Positions 1 through 9,662 of a stretch of 64,000 bases of DNA are shown in pieces; position 1 is the stretch's first letter, and each line of letters begins with the position of its first letter. Source of the stretch: Anaerohalosphaeraceae bacterium (GTDB lineage Bacteria; Planctomycetota; Phycisphaerae; Sedimentisphaerales; Anaerohalosphaeraceae); the NCBI GenBank assembly GCA_963675525.2, contig CAXXSL010000013.1:678630-742629 (forward strand), written 5' to 3'. The notes under the pieces were generated by a model that saw nothing but the letters and a program-made list of their open reading frames with translations, was not told where the DNA came from and did not search any database. The translations under genes and the position numbers were made by a program.

Positions 1-563
1 TGGATATTCTGCCGAGTGACGGTTACGCCGACAGTGGTGCCAACGCCGAGGACCTTAGCTTTGCGGAACCAGTCGAGTACGTTGTCCGCATCGCCGCCGT
101 CGGTATGGTGTTCGAAGGTCGTCAGTCCCGGCAGGGATATGCTCAGGTGAATATTGTGCTGCTTACAAAGCTGGAGGATATGGTCGCTCATGATTTTGCC
201 GTTGCTGAGCAGATAGAGTTTGGGCGGTGCGAACGTGCTGACGAGTTTGCCGTTTTCGGTTTCGATGTGTTCGGTTTCACAGCCCGCCGCAAAGGTCAGG
301 ATGTCTTCGATGCCCTCTTTAAGCAGCGGTTCGCCGCCGGTAAAGGCAATGCTGGAGATGCCCATCGTGCAGAACCGCTTGATCAGGTCGATCCATTGCT
401 GGGCCGTCATTTCCTCGCGAACGTCAAAGTCACCATCGGCATCGTACCACGGACACGAACAGAACAGGCACGCATGGTTGCACCGGTAAGTCATTTCCAA
501 AACCGCGGTCGCGGGTAAAAACGACGGTGCCGGACGGGAGAGGTTATCGTTCGTCTGCGTCAT
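1..563 (-). CDS. Radical SAM protein, PqqE/SPASM-like N-terminus; runs off the window edge
   Basis: Not in the ORF track. Manual translation from ATG 563 gives MTQTNDNLSRPAPSFLPATAVLEMTYRCNHACLFCSCPW...IAFTGGEPLLK...LLSNG, with CxxxCxxC and GGEP motifs. Start overlaps the end of the upstream gene. Confidence 0.9.
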   Translation of the reverse strand, partial: MTQTNDNLSRPAPSFLPATAVLEMTYRCNHACLFCSCPWYDADGDFDVREEMTAQQWIDLIKRFCTMGISSIAFTGGEPLLKEGIEDILTFAAGCETEHIETENGKLVSTFAPPKLYLLSNGKIMSDHILQLCKQHNIHLSISLPGLTTFEHHTDGGDADNVLDWFRKAKVLGVGTTVGVTVTRQNI

Positions 564-1074
564 CGAGTTTGACTCCTAACAGTTCTTCAAGGCGTTGTAA
601 AGAGGCATCGGACATTTCCTCCGTTCGTAACTGTCCATCATTATACTCTTTGATCAGTGTCAGGTCGTACTCACGGACACCCCATACCCGATGCGGCTGG
701 GGATTGTCCGGGTGTTTCACAATCAAACCCAGCTGTGGATACTCGACGTCCGGACTGCACACTTTGCAGAACTGTGATTCATCTAATTCAATGTCAAGAG
801 TATTGATTTGCTGAGCCAGTCGCCTGCATGAATCCAATTCATGGGCAATTATTATTACCTCTGTAGACTGCTGGATAACATTAGGATCTTTCAACATGTC
901 ATCAAAGGCATACAGTGTTTTACCTCCGCAAGTCGGACATATATAATCTGTTCGCTCCAAAGGCAAAGCAATCGCATAGCACATCGCACCAGTGCCACGG
1001 AAAGGGCTTTTGCGGCAACTCGCCCCAAATACACACAGCACTATCACTACAATCGCAATCAACACATATTGCAT
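544..1074 (-). CDS. Putative lipoprotein with one GAMCY/CxxC...CxxC domain
   Basis: Signal with lipobox-like FGASC; GAMCY, CPTCG and FCKVC motifs; paralog of 1099..2298. Confidence 0.8.
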   Translation of the reverse strand: MQYVLIAIVVIVLCVFGASCRKSPFRGTGAMCYAIALPLERTDYICPTCGGKTLYAFDDMLKDPNVIQQSTEVIIIAHELDSCRRLAQQINTLDIELDESQFCKVCSPDVEYPQLGLIVKHPDNPQPHRVWGVREYDLTLIKEYNDGQLRTEEMSDASLQRLEELLGVKLDDADER

Positions 1075-1098
1075 AAGAATACCCTTTTGTGAAAGACC

Positions 1099-2298
1099 TT
1101 ATTGCGAGTTCGCATCATTGATCCTGACTCCCAGAAGTTCCTCAAGACGCGGCAGCGAATCCTTAAGGGCCGTTTCGTTATCGGTAACGCCTTTGTATTT
1201 CAGTTTGCCATCGGCGGCGGCATCAAGCATGATCAAATCCGTCTGACTGACGTCCCACACACGATGCGGTTCGGGCTGATCCGGATACCGTATAACCAGC
1301 CCCAGTTTCGGGACCTCTGTATGCGGGCTGCAATGATTACAGAACTGCGACTCGTCCAGCGTCATGTCAAGATTATCAATTTGCGACACAAGTCGTCGGC
1401 AGGCGTCCAGTTCAGAAAGATTCCATGTTACTTGCCAGTGTCGTTGACTCGCTGCATCATCGGCCGAATCGTCAATCGCATACAGCGTCTTTTCTCCGCA
1501 GGCCGGACAGACATAATCGACCCGATTCAGCGGTGCGACCATCTCGTAACACATCGCACCCATAGCAAGTTCTTTGGGCGGCGGTGACTTGGCAATGATG
1601 GCAAGCTGCTTTTGAATATCCTGCCGGGAGAGGTATTGGTCTCGGGGGGCAACCGCCTTGACCCCCAACAGTTCTTCAAGCCGGGCAAGCCTGTCCTTGA
1701 GCGCGATCTCCATATCCTGAAGATCTTTGAATTTCAGCTTTCCCTCAGTAAAAGCCTTCAGTATCAACAGGTCTGTTTCTGTGATATTTGAAACATAAGA
1801 TTCTTTGGTCACATCCGGATATATGATTATCAGGCCCAACTCGGGTGTTTCAATATCAGGGGCACATTGCTTGCAGAACGGTGATTCATTCAGTTTTATA
1901 TCTATCTTCTTTATCTGCTGAACCAGTCGTCGGCATGATTCGAGAGATCGAAGGTTTTGAGCTGTTGTCCAATACTGCATCTTCGTCTTATCATCTGCGG
2001 CTGGATCCATGGCATACAGGGTCTTCTCACCGCAGACCGGACAGACATAATCGAGCCGTGCCGGGGGACCGGCAATATCGTAACACATCGCGCCCATAGC
2101 TAACTTTTTCGGCGGCGGTGACTTGGCAATGATGGCAAGCTGCTTTTGAATATCCTGCCGGGAGAGGAATTTGCCGGAGGTAACGATGATCGGCGTGGGA
2201 GGTGTGCCGCCTCTGGTATCCGTCGGTGTACTTTTGCGGCAGCTTAAACCGAACACGCATAGCACCATCAGGATAATCGCAATCACTAAATACTGCAT
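1099..2298 (-). CDS. Putative lipoprotein with two tandem GAMCY/CxxC...CxxC domains
   Basis: Lipobox-like FGLSC; two copies of LSRQDIQKQLAIIAKSPPPKxLAMGAMCY...CPxCGEKTLY...FCxxC. Confidence 0.85.
   Translation of the reverse strand: MQYLVIAIILMVLCVFGLSCRKSTPTDTRGGTPPTPIIVTSGKFLSRQDIQKQLAIIAKSPPPKKLAMGAMCYDIAGPPARLDYVCPVCGEKTLYAMDPAADDKTKMQYWTTAQNLRSLESCRRLVQQIKKIDIKLNESPFCKQCAPDIETPELGLIIIYPDVTKESYVSNITETDLLILKAFTEGKLKFKDLQDMEIALKDRLARLEELLGVKAVAPRDQYLSRQDIQKQLAIIAKSPPPKELAMGAMCYEMVAPLNRVDYVCPACGEKTLYAIDDSADDAASQRHWQVTWNLSELDACRRLVSQIDNLDMTLDESQFCNHCSPHTEVPKLGLVIRYPDQPEPHRVWDVSQTDLIMLDAAADGKLKYKGVTDNETALKDSLPRLEELLGVRINDANSQ
1544..2167. repeat. 90-bp intragenic direct repeat (1544-1633 and 2078-2167)
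   Basis: Near-identical copies with a perfect core ggcggcggtgacttggcaatgatggcaagctgcttttgaatatcctgccgggagagg. Confidence 0.9.
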
Positions 2299-2416
2299 TT
2301 GACGACCCCTTCAGTTTAATGCACCTGTCAATATCAAGTTCATTGTAACGACCCGGAAGAAATCAATCAACACCAAACAAAGTGAAACCATGTAAAATAA
2401 TTGTAAAAAGGAGCGT

Positions 2417-2482
2417 ATGATGAATATGCACCACGGCTGGATTAAATTGTATCGGTGTTTGCTGGAGGATGCGGTCTGGCAG
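2417..2482 (+). pseudogene. 5' fragment of phage-type replication initiator (copy A)
   Basis: MHHGWIKLYRCLLEDAVWQ matches the N-terminus of 9090..9662; SD aaggag upstream; homology stops near 2482. Confidence 0.8.
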
Positions 2483-2511
2483 AAGTCGGGCCTTTTACCC
2501 TGCCGCAACCG

Positions 2512-2910
2512 TCAGTCCAGCGGCCAGCCGAAGGGGCAGACGTTGAGCCATTGGCTCGATAGAATTTTCAGGTCCTCGATATTGACACCATCTTCCCCGA
2601 CGAGGTCCGCACCGTCGCAGTAGTTGTTGCCTGCATGACACGATTCCTCCAGCCAATACGATGCCAAAGTAGCAAACTGTTCAAAGTTGACAATACACAG
2701 CGGCCCGCCGCCCCAGAAACCGCCGAGCAGTTCGTTCGCCCCGCCGTCATGATACCCCGCATCCGGCTGACCGACTGTTCCGGTCAACTGATACGTTCCG
2801 CCGCTGCTGGTTCCGCCGCCGCCGTCAATCGTGTACCACGAAATCGAATAATCCGCACCGACCATTGAAACCATAACCAGTACTGTTGTTAATAGGATTA
2901 ATGATTTCAT
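2512..2910 (-). CDS. Small secreted protein (WYTIDGGGG...GQPDAG...GGFW domain) with dockerin-like tail
   Basis: Signal peptide; Gly-rich conserved-looking domain; DLVGEDGVNIEDL..LSSQWL tail. Confidence 0.8.
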   Translation of the reverse strand: MKSLILLTTVLVMVSMVGADYSISWYTIDGGGGTSSGGTYQLTGTVGQPDAGYHDGGANELLGGFWGGGPLCIVNFEQFATLASYWLEESCHAGNNYCDGADLVGEDGVNIEDLKILSSQWLNVCPFGWPLD

Positions 2911-2945
2911 TTTAATATCTCCTGTTATTTTAATGATTGATTTTT

Positions 2946-3914
2946 TTAATACCGATTCGGCACATAAATCGCCGTCATTTTTGCTTTATATATATTTGAG
3001 AACCCCATGCTGGAATAAGCATTGCCATAATAGGTATAGGTCCCCGGTGAAGCCACTTCATAAACATGTTGAACGCTAAATGGAATATGTTCGCCGTCTA
3101 CCGCCGCTTGAGAAACCTGGACCGCATCGGCTGTATTCGTCTCCGTACCAACACCTGCAAAAATATAACCACTGGGTGCACCGATACGTACCGTTCCGGA
3201 AAATGTAACGATCACGTAACCGCCGGCATTCAGCGTTAGCTGGACCGATCTGATATTCGTCCATGTTGTTGGAATATTATTCATGGAGATTTCTTCAGTA
3301 AATTCACATCCGGGCAAATTGTTCGCCTTAATATTTCCGTTGACCTCAAGTTTTTCTGAGGGTGTTTCGGTTCCGACGCCGACATTGCCGGATACGGCAG
3401 AATACATATTGTTTCCCGAAATCGTCCAGTCCAAATCGCTCCCGCCATCATTATCTATGCCGTCAGCAAAACCGGCGGGCATATTGGCCAGGTTGTTCCA
3501 GTCGCTGCCGTCTGCATACATCGCGTAAGGTGTTGGGCTGATCGGTTGCAGCGGACTTAAGGCGACATAATCATTCGGGTCGGTGCTTGCTCCCGGTCGC
3601 ACCGCCACTTCCAACCAGCGTGCGTCGCCACTGAAAACACTGCTGCCGAAATCCAGTTTGGCAATGAAGTAGCCGTCCAGTACATCCACCTCGTCGGTCA
3701 TAAGCGTCGAGCCGATTTGCGTACCCGCAAGCGTATTGGGGTCGTCGTACAGCTTAAACTGAAAGTCATACACGCCATCGGCGGCAACATTGTCATCCAG
3801 CAGCCGCCCCTGATAGGTGAACGCCGTGCCCATGGGTGCGGCGAATAGCATCACGCTGCAGATCAGGACAATCAAACTGATACACATATTTAAAAATGTC
3901 TTTCGTACTTTCAT
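2946..3914 (-). CDS. Secreted fibre-like protein with TAFTYQGRL N-terminal module
   Basis: Signal peptide; N-terminal ~110 aa shared with 5575..7021; GNVGVGTETPSEKLEVNG fibre-type repeat. Confidence 0.8.
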   Translation of the reverse strand: MKVRKTFLNMCISLIVLICSVMLFAAPMGTAFTYQGRLLDDNVAADGVYDFQFKLYDDPNTLAGTQIGSTLMTDEVDVLDGYFIAKLDFGSSVFSGDARWLEVAVRPGASTDPNDYVALSPLQPISPTPYAMYADGSDWNNLANMPAGFADGIDNDGGSDLDWTISGNNMYSAVSGNVGVGTETPSEKLEVNGNIKANNLPGCEFTEEISMNNIPTTWTNIRSVQLTLNAGGYVIVTFSGTVRIGAPSGYIFAGVGTETNTADAVQVSQAAVDGEHIPFSVQHVYEVASPGTYTYYGNAYSSMGFSNIYKAKMTAIYVPNRY

Positions 3915-3999
3915 TGTTCACCCTTTCACAAAACTTTCTTATTGCACTATTTCATGATTCTGAATGGTTGCTCATCGGTACACATTCAGAGTCAGTGAC

Positions 4000-5538
4000 T
4001 TACTGACCGATGACCGCTGTGCCGAACGGGGTGTTGAGCATCATGTGTTTCGAGATCGTCCCGGTCCAGTTCGAGGTTCCCGGCTTGAAGCGGAGTTTAG
4101 TCCCATCCGTTGTTGCGCTCAACGCGGCATTCATCGTATGGAAGGGGTCGTCGTGACCACCGAAACCGGAAGAAGACGCGTTGAAATCCACCCAGAAACC
4201 GTCAATGGATTTCAGCGAATCCCAGTCGACACCGGCAAGCAAACCGAGATAAGTGTCCACCTGCAGTATGACTTCGTCCGCATGGCCGCCGCCCTGAGCA
4301 AACAGGACTACTGCATTAAAGCCGCTGCTCCACTGCCGTATCATTGTACTGGTGCCGTCGAGTCCGCCGTTTTTGTATTGATCGACAGGACCGGTTATGG
4401 GAGTCCCGTACCACGAATCATAATGGTTCATGAACATCATAAGCGGCGCAGCGCCTGTCACAAGATTTCCTTCACCGGTTTTGACCTCCATGAGAAGCCC
4501 GCCGTAAGGACACGGAACATACGGGTTTAATATGGTGGGATATACGAGATACGGGTCATTCAGGTCGATACAGTCCCCCGATTTTACGTATCTGGGTTCT
4601 CGCGGATTTTGATCGACACGATAATCTCGTCCCAGGATGACCTCCGTTGAAGGCACCCATATTTCAGGGGTCAGCACACGTTGGCGAATCATTTCGGTAT
4701 GTGTATGTGGCTGCTCGGCTTCCTGCTCGATGATTAATGAAAGCAGCATGTAGCCGTAGTTGGAATAAGGATCACAATAACAGGGAGCCGGAGTTCCCAG
4801 ACAATCATTATTGTTATTGGGGTCGCGATCGCATGCAACGGGATTACTCGGATCGAATTGCATCGGCTGGCTCATCATATACTGCACAATATCCTGTCGG
4901 GTCGGCGGTGAGGACGGATAGGTGCCGGTCGCATTGCCGATATCATACAATTTACCGAAAGGATCATACGCCAGCTCTCTATCCCATCCGCCTCGATGGT
5001 TCAACAGATCATCGATCCTTACAGCGGCCAAATAATCGTAGCTTCCATAAACACCGTTATAGGGATAATAAGGGCTTGAAGGCAAGTGGGCATCAAGAAG
5101 ACGCCGCTCTCCCATCGGTGACCATTGCCCCACATCAAAAACAAAATCATTAAGACTGATAACCCCATCCGCAATGAGATGACGAATCACCGCCGCCGTA
5201 TGCGGTTTTTCAACACTGGCCACGCGCATCAGTGTGTTTTCCGGCAGCGGATCAATCCCATTATAGGCGTATCCGAAGCCGCGCTGATAAACGACACGCC
5301 CGTTCTTTGAAATGGCCAGGATTCCGGCCTGAAGGCCATGATCTGCCATATAAGACTGCATCATCGTGTCAAAGATTGCCAATTCCGGCACTTCAACCCC
5401 GGTGACAGGCAGATCCGCTTTTACACTGGCTGCCTGAAAAAGTACAGCAATGCAAAAAACAAAAAATACCTGTTTGGTCAGTTGAAAGACGTTTTTAAGT
5501 AAATCATTATATGAAACGAATCGTATTTTCTTTTTCAT
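4000..5538 (-). CDS. Secreted serine hydrolase (beta-lactamase class C/AmpC-like family)
   Basis: SxxK (ASVEK), YSNYGY, LLNHRGG motifs; signal peptide. Confidence 0.85.
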   Translation of the reverse strand: MKKKIRFVSYNDLLKNVFQLTKQVFFVFCIAVLFQAASVKADLPVTGVEVPELAIFDTMMQSYMADHGLQAGILAISKNGRVVYQRGFGYAYNGIDPLPENTLMRVASVEKPHTAAVIRHLIADGVISLNDFVFDVGQWSPMGERRLLDAHLPSSPYYPYNGVYGSYDYLAAVRIDDLLNHRGGWDRELAYDPFGKLYDIGNATGTYPSSPPTRQDIVQYMMSQPMQFDPSNPVACDRDPNNNNDCLGTPAPCYCDPYSNYGYMLLSLIIEQEAEQPHTHTEMIRQRVLTPEIWVPSTEVILGRDYRVDQNPREPRYVKSGDCIDLNDPYLVYPTILNPYVPCPYGGLLMEVKTGEGNLVTGAAPLMMFMNHYDSWYGTPITGPVDQYKNGGLDGTSTMIRQWSSGFNAVVLFAQGGGHADEVILQVDTYLGLLAGVDWDSLKSIDGFWVDFNASSSGFGGHDDPFHTMNAALSATTDGTKLRFKPGTSNWTGTISKHMMLNTPFGTAVIGQ

Positions 5539-5574
5539 GATATTACTCCAAGCTCTTTTTTATCAATACGATAT

Positions 5575-7021
5575 TTACTGAAGCGTTACCAGAACCAGCA
5601 CCAATCCCTGACCCTGATCCAGTGACGACATCGCCTTGCCAAGGATCGCACCATGGGCTTTGGAATAATCCGCCACTTTCATCGCGTGTCCGGGCGTCTG
5701 TGAAGTTGTCAGCAGGTCACCCGGCTCAATGGATCCGCTTGATGCATCCGCCCTGACATAGACACGCCCGGTCAGTGCCACGAGGATAGAACCGTCTGCC
5801 AATGTACCTTCCTGATTCATTGTCATGCCCGGATTGATCCCGTTGGCTCCGCTGACGATCCCGGCGACGGTGCGGTCGTAGGCTTTGTTTGCTATCCGCA
5901 GTTGTCCCCGGATTTTCCGGATCGATCGCTACCACCATACCGGGTTCGACCGATTCTGCGCCTGCAACCTTGAACGGCTCGGCCAGATCGCTCCCGCCGG
6001 TGATTTCGAGCACACTGACCACCACATTGCCGCTGCCATTATTGAGATAAAGCTTTGCGGCAGCACCATTATTACGTGCTATGATCTCGTTGTTGTCTAA
6101 GACCATGTTCGTGCTGCTGACTGAACCGGCCACAAGGAAACCGCCGCCGCCTAAAGAGGCATCACTGCCGCCCTCGATGTGAAGCTTTGTTCCCGGACTC
6201 GTCGTCCCGATGCCGACATTGCCTGAAAGCGATGAATATATATCATTGCCGGAAATCGTCCAGCCGGAATCGATTACAATGCCCGACAGATTCGAGCCGT
6301 CTCCAACAAATGCTGTAGCGGTCACTGTTCCAAGAACATCAAGTTTTGTCGTTGGTATAGTCGTCCCAATGCCCACATTTCCGTCTGGCCCTGGAGATCC
6401 TGCTCCTATTTCCTCGCCTCCTTCACCAGGCAGTAGGATGATATCCCCGCCGGGCGCTCCGTTGTTCTGCATGGCCCACCCGTCACCTCCATCTTGGGCC
6501 TTGAAGACAAGATCGGCGCCCCAGTTGCCGCTCGTCGCCTTGCCGCCATCAACATGCAGTTTGCCCGCCGGACTCTGTGTCCCGACACCCACATTCGACA
6601 GATCATCCACAAATATCCCGTGCGTCTGCAACGAGTATAGCGCGTATGGACCGGCTGTTATTTCCTGCCGCGGGCTAAGCGTCTCAAATGGATCGGCCGT
6701 ACCCGTCGGACGCACACCAATCTCAAGCCACCTCGCATCACCGTTAAATACGCTGCTGCCGAAATCCAGTGCCGCCGTAAAATAGCCGTCTGTAACTTCC
6801 AGGCTGCGAAAAGAAATCGTAAAGCCCAACTGGTTTGGATCTGCAATGGAATCAAACAGTTTAAATTCCATCTCATAAATTCCCTCCGCCGGCGTATCAT
6901 TGTCCATGAGTCGACCCTGATAGGTGAACGCGGTGCCCATCGGGGCAGCAAAAAGCATCATACTGCAAATCGAGATCGTCATAGCGATGAACACACATAA
7001 TAAATCGTTTCGTGTTTTCAT
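5575..7021 (-). pseudogene. Secreted fibre-like protein with C-terminal intramolecular-chaperone-like domain; +1 frameshift at 5906-5909
   Basis: ATG 7021 with SD; GNVGIGT repeats; deleting one G from CCGGGG restores IDPENPGQLRIANKAYDRTVAGIVSGANG into ORF 5575..5826 (GRVYVRAD..IEPGDLLTTS..PGHAMK). Confidence 0.75.
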
Positions 7022-7070
7022 GATTTTGTCCTTTCTAAAAAATGGTTGATCGAAATGAACTCGATGCAGC

Positions 7071-7256
7071 GGTCGCGCACCATCGGCGCGGATAGGGATC
7101 AAGATAAGGTCCTGGATTCGGTCGTAAAGAAGTGCCGGTTTTTGTTTTTTCCCGTTCATGTCCCGCCTCGCTTTGCAACAAAAAGTTTCGTAACGCGATA
7201 AGCAGTGTCTCCTTTGGGTGCGAATTCCATTATACCGCAAATCCGAAGGAATTCAA
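7071..7256 (-). promoter_or_regulatory. Sigma70-type promoter plus long leader, homologous to 20408-20590
   Basis: TTGAAT-16-TATAAT (7256-7229); leader aligns by eye with the leader of 20638. Confidence 0.65.
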
Positions 7257-7386
7257 ATACTATTAATGAGAAATCCCCCTCGGATAATTCTGAAAATGAA
7301 GGCGGGAACGAAAAACTCCGGGGCCTGCAAACAATCGTCAATCGCCTCTGACAACCCTTATAAAACCACAGAAAGGAGCTGTATCT

Positions 7387-7546
7387 ATGAGTACCTCTCA
7401 CGGCTGGATCACATTGTATCGGTGTCTGCTGGGAAGCCTCCTGTGGCACTGCGGCACCAGCGAACAGAAAGTCATTCTCGTCACCCTGCTGCTCATGGAC
7501 AACCACGCTGAAAAGAAATGGCAATGGTAAGGCAAGCCCTGATCTG
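7387..7546 (+). pseudogene. 5' fragment of phage-type replication initiator (copy B) with nonsense codon
   Basis: MSTSHGWITLYRCLLGSLLWHCGTSEQKVILVTLLLMDNHAEKKWQW*GKP matches 9090..9662; TAA at 7528. Confidence 0.85.
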
Positions 7547-7600
7547 AGCAATCATTTACGGGGTATTCTGAATCGTTCTTCCCAATACGGCGAATCGTAT

Positions 7601-8983
7601 TCATTGCGACACGAGACGCTCGGCGGCGTACATGGCGGTCTGATTGATCGCGTTGTCAAGGGCCTGTGTAAACAGCTCGATGCCGGTTTGCCCGCAGTAG
7701 TCGTCCATCGGGTGATCGGGGGAAACAGCCGACAGGATTATTTCATGGGGCATCGGTCTCGGGGGCTCAAGAATCCAGGGTTGCTGCGTATAGAGCTGAT
7801 CAAAAAAGAGCCCTTCCGGGTTCGTGTAAAGCAGTGTCCAATCAAACACGAACCTGTCTGTTCGCGCATCCCAAAGACGGATTCGTGTGGCCACTTCAAC
7901 GCAATATGTTTTATTGTAACACTCGCGCAACTGGATCCGCTGAATATCGGCCAGCAGCAAACTGCTGCAGTGATTTTCCGAGACAAGCGATCTCCGGTCT
8001 TCGATAGCGGTCTGGTTAATCTCGACGACGATCGCATCGGTGCCCATCGCGTCGGTAAGTTGTTGGCGGAGTCTGCGGTCGGGCAGAATCTGCTCGATGT
8101 GCCTGTTGATCGCATCGACACACGGCTGCCATTTCTCGATATCTTCGGCAGCCCAGGACGAACTCAGGGCCAACCCGACGGGATAATAGACGATGGCAAT
8201 GCCTACCGCGCCGATCGCCGCCTGCCCGGACGAACCTCTCACTAAAAATTCGACCGGACCGAACGCCCTGTCTCTGGCCCGGGCTCTCCAGTCCGGCGAA
8301 CGAATGATATCCGGTGACTGTGTGATAACCAACGCCGGAAAAACAGAATCTGAATACGTCACCGCCTGACCATAAGGACACATCAGTGACCTCCCCACGG
8401 CGCCGCCGAATCGGGCAAACTCATTGCGCGCGACTTCGGAAGCATCCTGACGTTCATCGAGGACAGAGCAGGCAAAGCGCTTATAAAACTTTTCCATCAT
8501 AAACTTGCTGCCCCCCAGATCGTATTGAAGCGTTCCGGCATATTGTACGGGCTGGCCTGGCAAGACCTGAAGCCAGAAACCCCCTGCCTGTTCCAGCGGA
8601 AAATTCACATCCCGCCCCAGCCATGTTGGCGGAACACTCCAAATATAATAAGAACCCGGCGGCAGAAACAGACAAGTCCATTGTCGCTCTGAGGCATCCG
8701 GGGCACCCAGTAACAACGCCTGATGTTGTTTCATGTCTGCTGCTTCATCGAACGAGGCAACGGCCAATTGCAGCGGAACAGACATCATGCCCGTAAACTC
8801 TTTGACGGGATTTGAGGGCGCCCCGTTCCAGCGGGTGCGAAAACCGATGAGAACAACAGACTTTTGGCCGCGGACAACTGGTTGATAATCGGATTCCTGC
8901 GGGTAGGGACTGACGCATCCGGTCACAAAGAAGGACAACCCCAGAAAACCCGACAACAGCCATGAGCCCGTTCGTGTGTTCAT
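7601..8983 (-). CDS. Hypothetical lipoprotein
   Basis: 460-aa ORF; lipobox-like VTGC; SD upstream. Confidence 0.7.
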   Translation of the reverse strand: MNTRTGSWLLSGFLGLSFFVTGCVSPYPQESDYQPVVRGQKSVVLIGFRTRWNGAPSNPVKEFTGMMSVPLQLAVASFDEAADMKQHQALLLGAPDASERQWTCLFLPPGSYYIWSVPPTWLGRDVNFPLEQAGGFWLQVLPGQPVQYAGTLQYDLGGSKFMMEKFYKRFACSVLDERQDASEVARNEFARFGGAVGRSLMCPYGQAVTYSDSVFPALVITQSPDIIRSPDWRARARDRAFGPVEFLVRGSSGQAAIGAVGIAIVYYPVGLALSSSWAAEDIEKWQPCVDAINRHIEQILPDRRLRQQLTDAMGTDAIVVEINQTAIEDRRSLVSENHCSSLLLADIQRIQLRECYNKTYCVEVATRIRLWDARTDRFVFDWTLLYTNPEGLFFDQLYTQQPWILEPPRPMPHEIILSAVSPDHPMDDYCGQTGIELFTQALDNAINQTAMYAAERLVSQ

Positions 8984-9089
8984 GTTAACCTTTCCGGCAA
9001 TCGTAACGGATCATACATGATTATACACGCCGCCGGTCCCGCAAGACAAGTAAAATCAAACAGAAAACCTTCAAATAAGGAGCAAACAC

Positions 9090-9662
9090 ATGCATACCGG
9101 CTGGATCAAATTGTATCGGTGCCTGCTGGACGATCCCGTCTGGCAGTGCAGCACCAACGAACAAAAGGTTATCCTCATCACGCTTTTATTAATGGCCAAT
9201 CACGCTGAAAAGAAATGGCAGTGGCAGGGAAAGCCCTATATCTGCAAACCCGGGCAGATGATCACCTCGCTGAAAAGCATTCAACAGAAATGCGGCAAAG
9301 GTATTTCCGAAAGAAATATCCGTACAGCATTAAAACGTTTTGAGAATTTGGGATTTCTGACAAACCAATCGACAACGCACAATCGGCTCATAACTATTTG
9401 TAAATGGATGGATTATCAGGACACGACACAACCCGATGACAAACGTGCTGACAGTCACCTGACAAATGCCTGTCAAACACCTGACAGTCGCCCGACACTT
9501 AACAAGAATATAAAGAATATTAAGAATGAAAAGAAGGGAACACCCCCTGCTTCGTTTCCGCTTTCCTTCGAACAACAGGACATTCACCGCGCCCGGGCCG
9601 CCAACGCCGAAGCCATGGCCGCGTTTATGGATCATGATATCGAATCAAGTCAACGATTATAA
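9090..9662 (+). CDS. Phage-type replication initiator / replisome-organizer-like protein (intact copy C)
   Basis: GWIKLYR..L, LLLMANH, GQ.ITS...I, IRTALKRFE..GFL, ITICKW..YQ, NKN..N.KNEK pattern typical of phage winged-helix initiators. Confidence 0.75.
   Translation: MHTGWIKLYRCLLDDPVWQCSTNEQKVILITLLLMANHAEKKWQWQGKPYICKPGQMITSLKSIQQKCGKGISERNIRTALKRFENLGFLTNQSTTHNRLITICKWMDYQDTTQPDDKRADSHLTNACQTPDSRPTLNKNIKNIKNEKKGTPPASFPLSFEQQDIHRARAANAEAMAAFMDHDIESSQRL

Noticed and set aside
105..518. Plus-strand 137-aa ORF
   Set aside because: Antisense shadow of the radical SAM gene on the minus strand
7022..7240. 73-aa N-terminal extension of ORF 5726..7240
   Set aside because: Signal peptide and SD point to ATG 7021; the extension covers the promoter and leader
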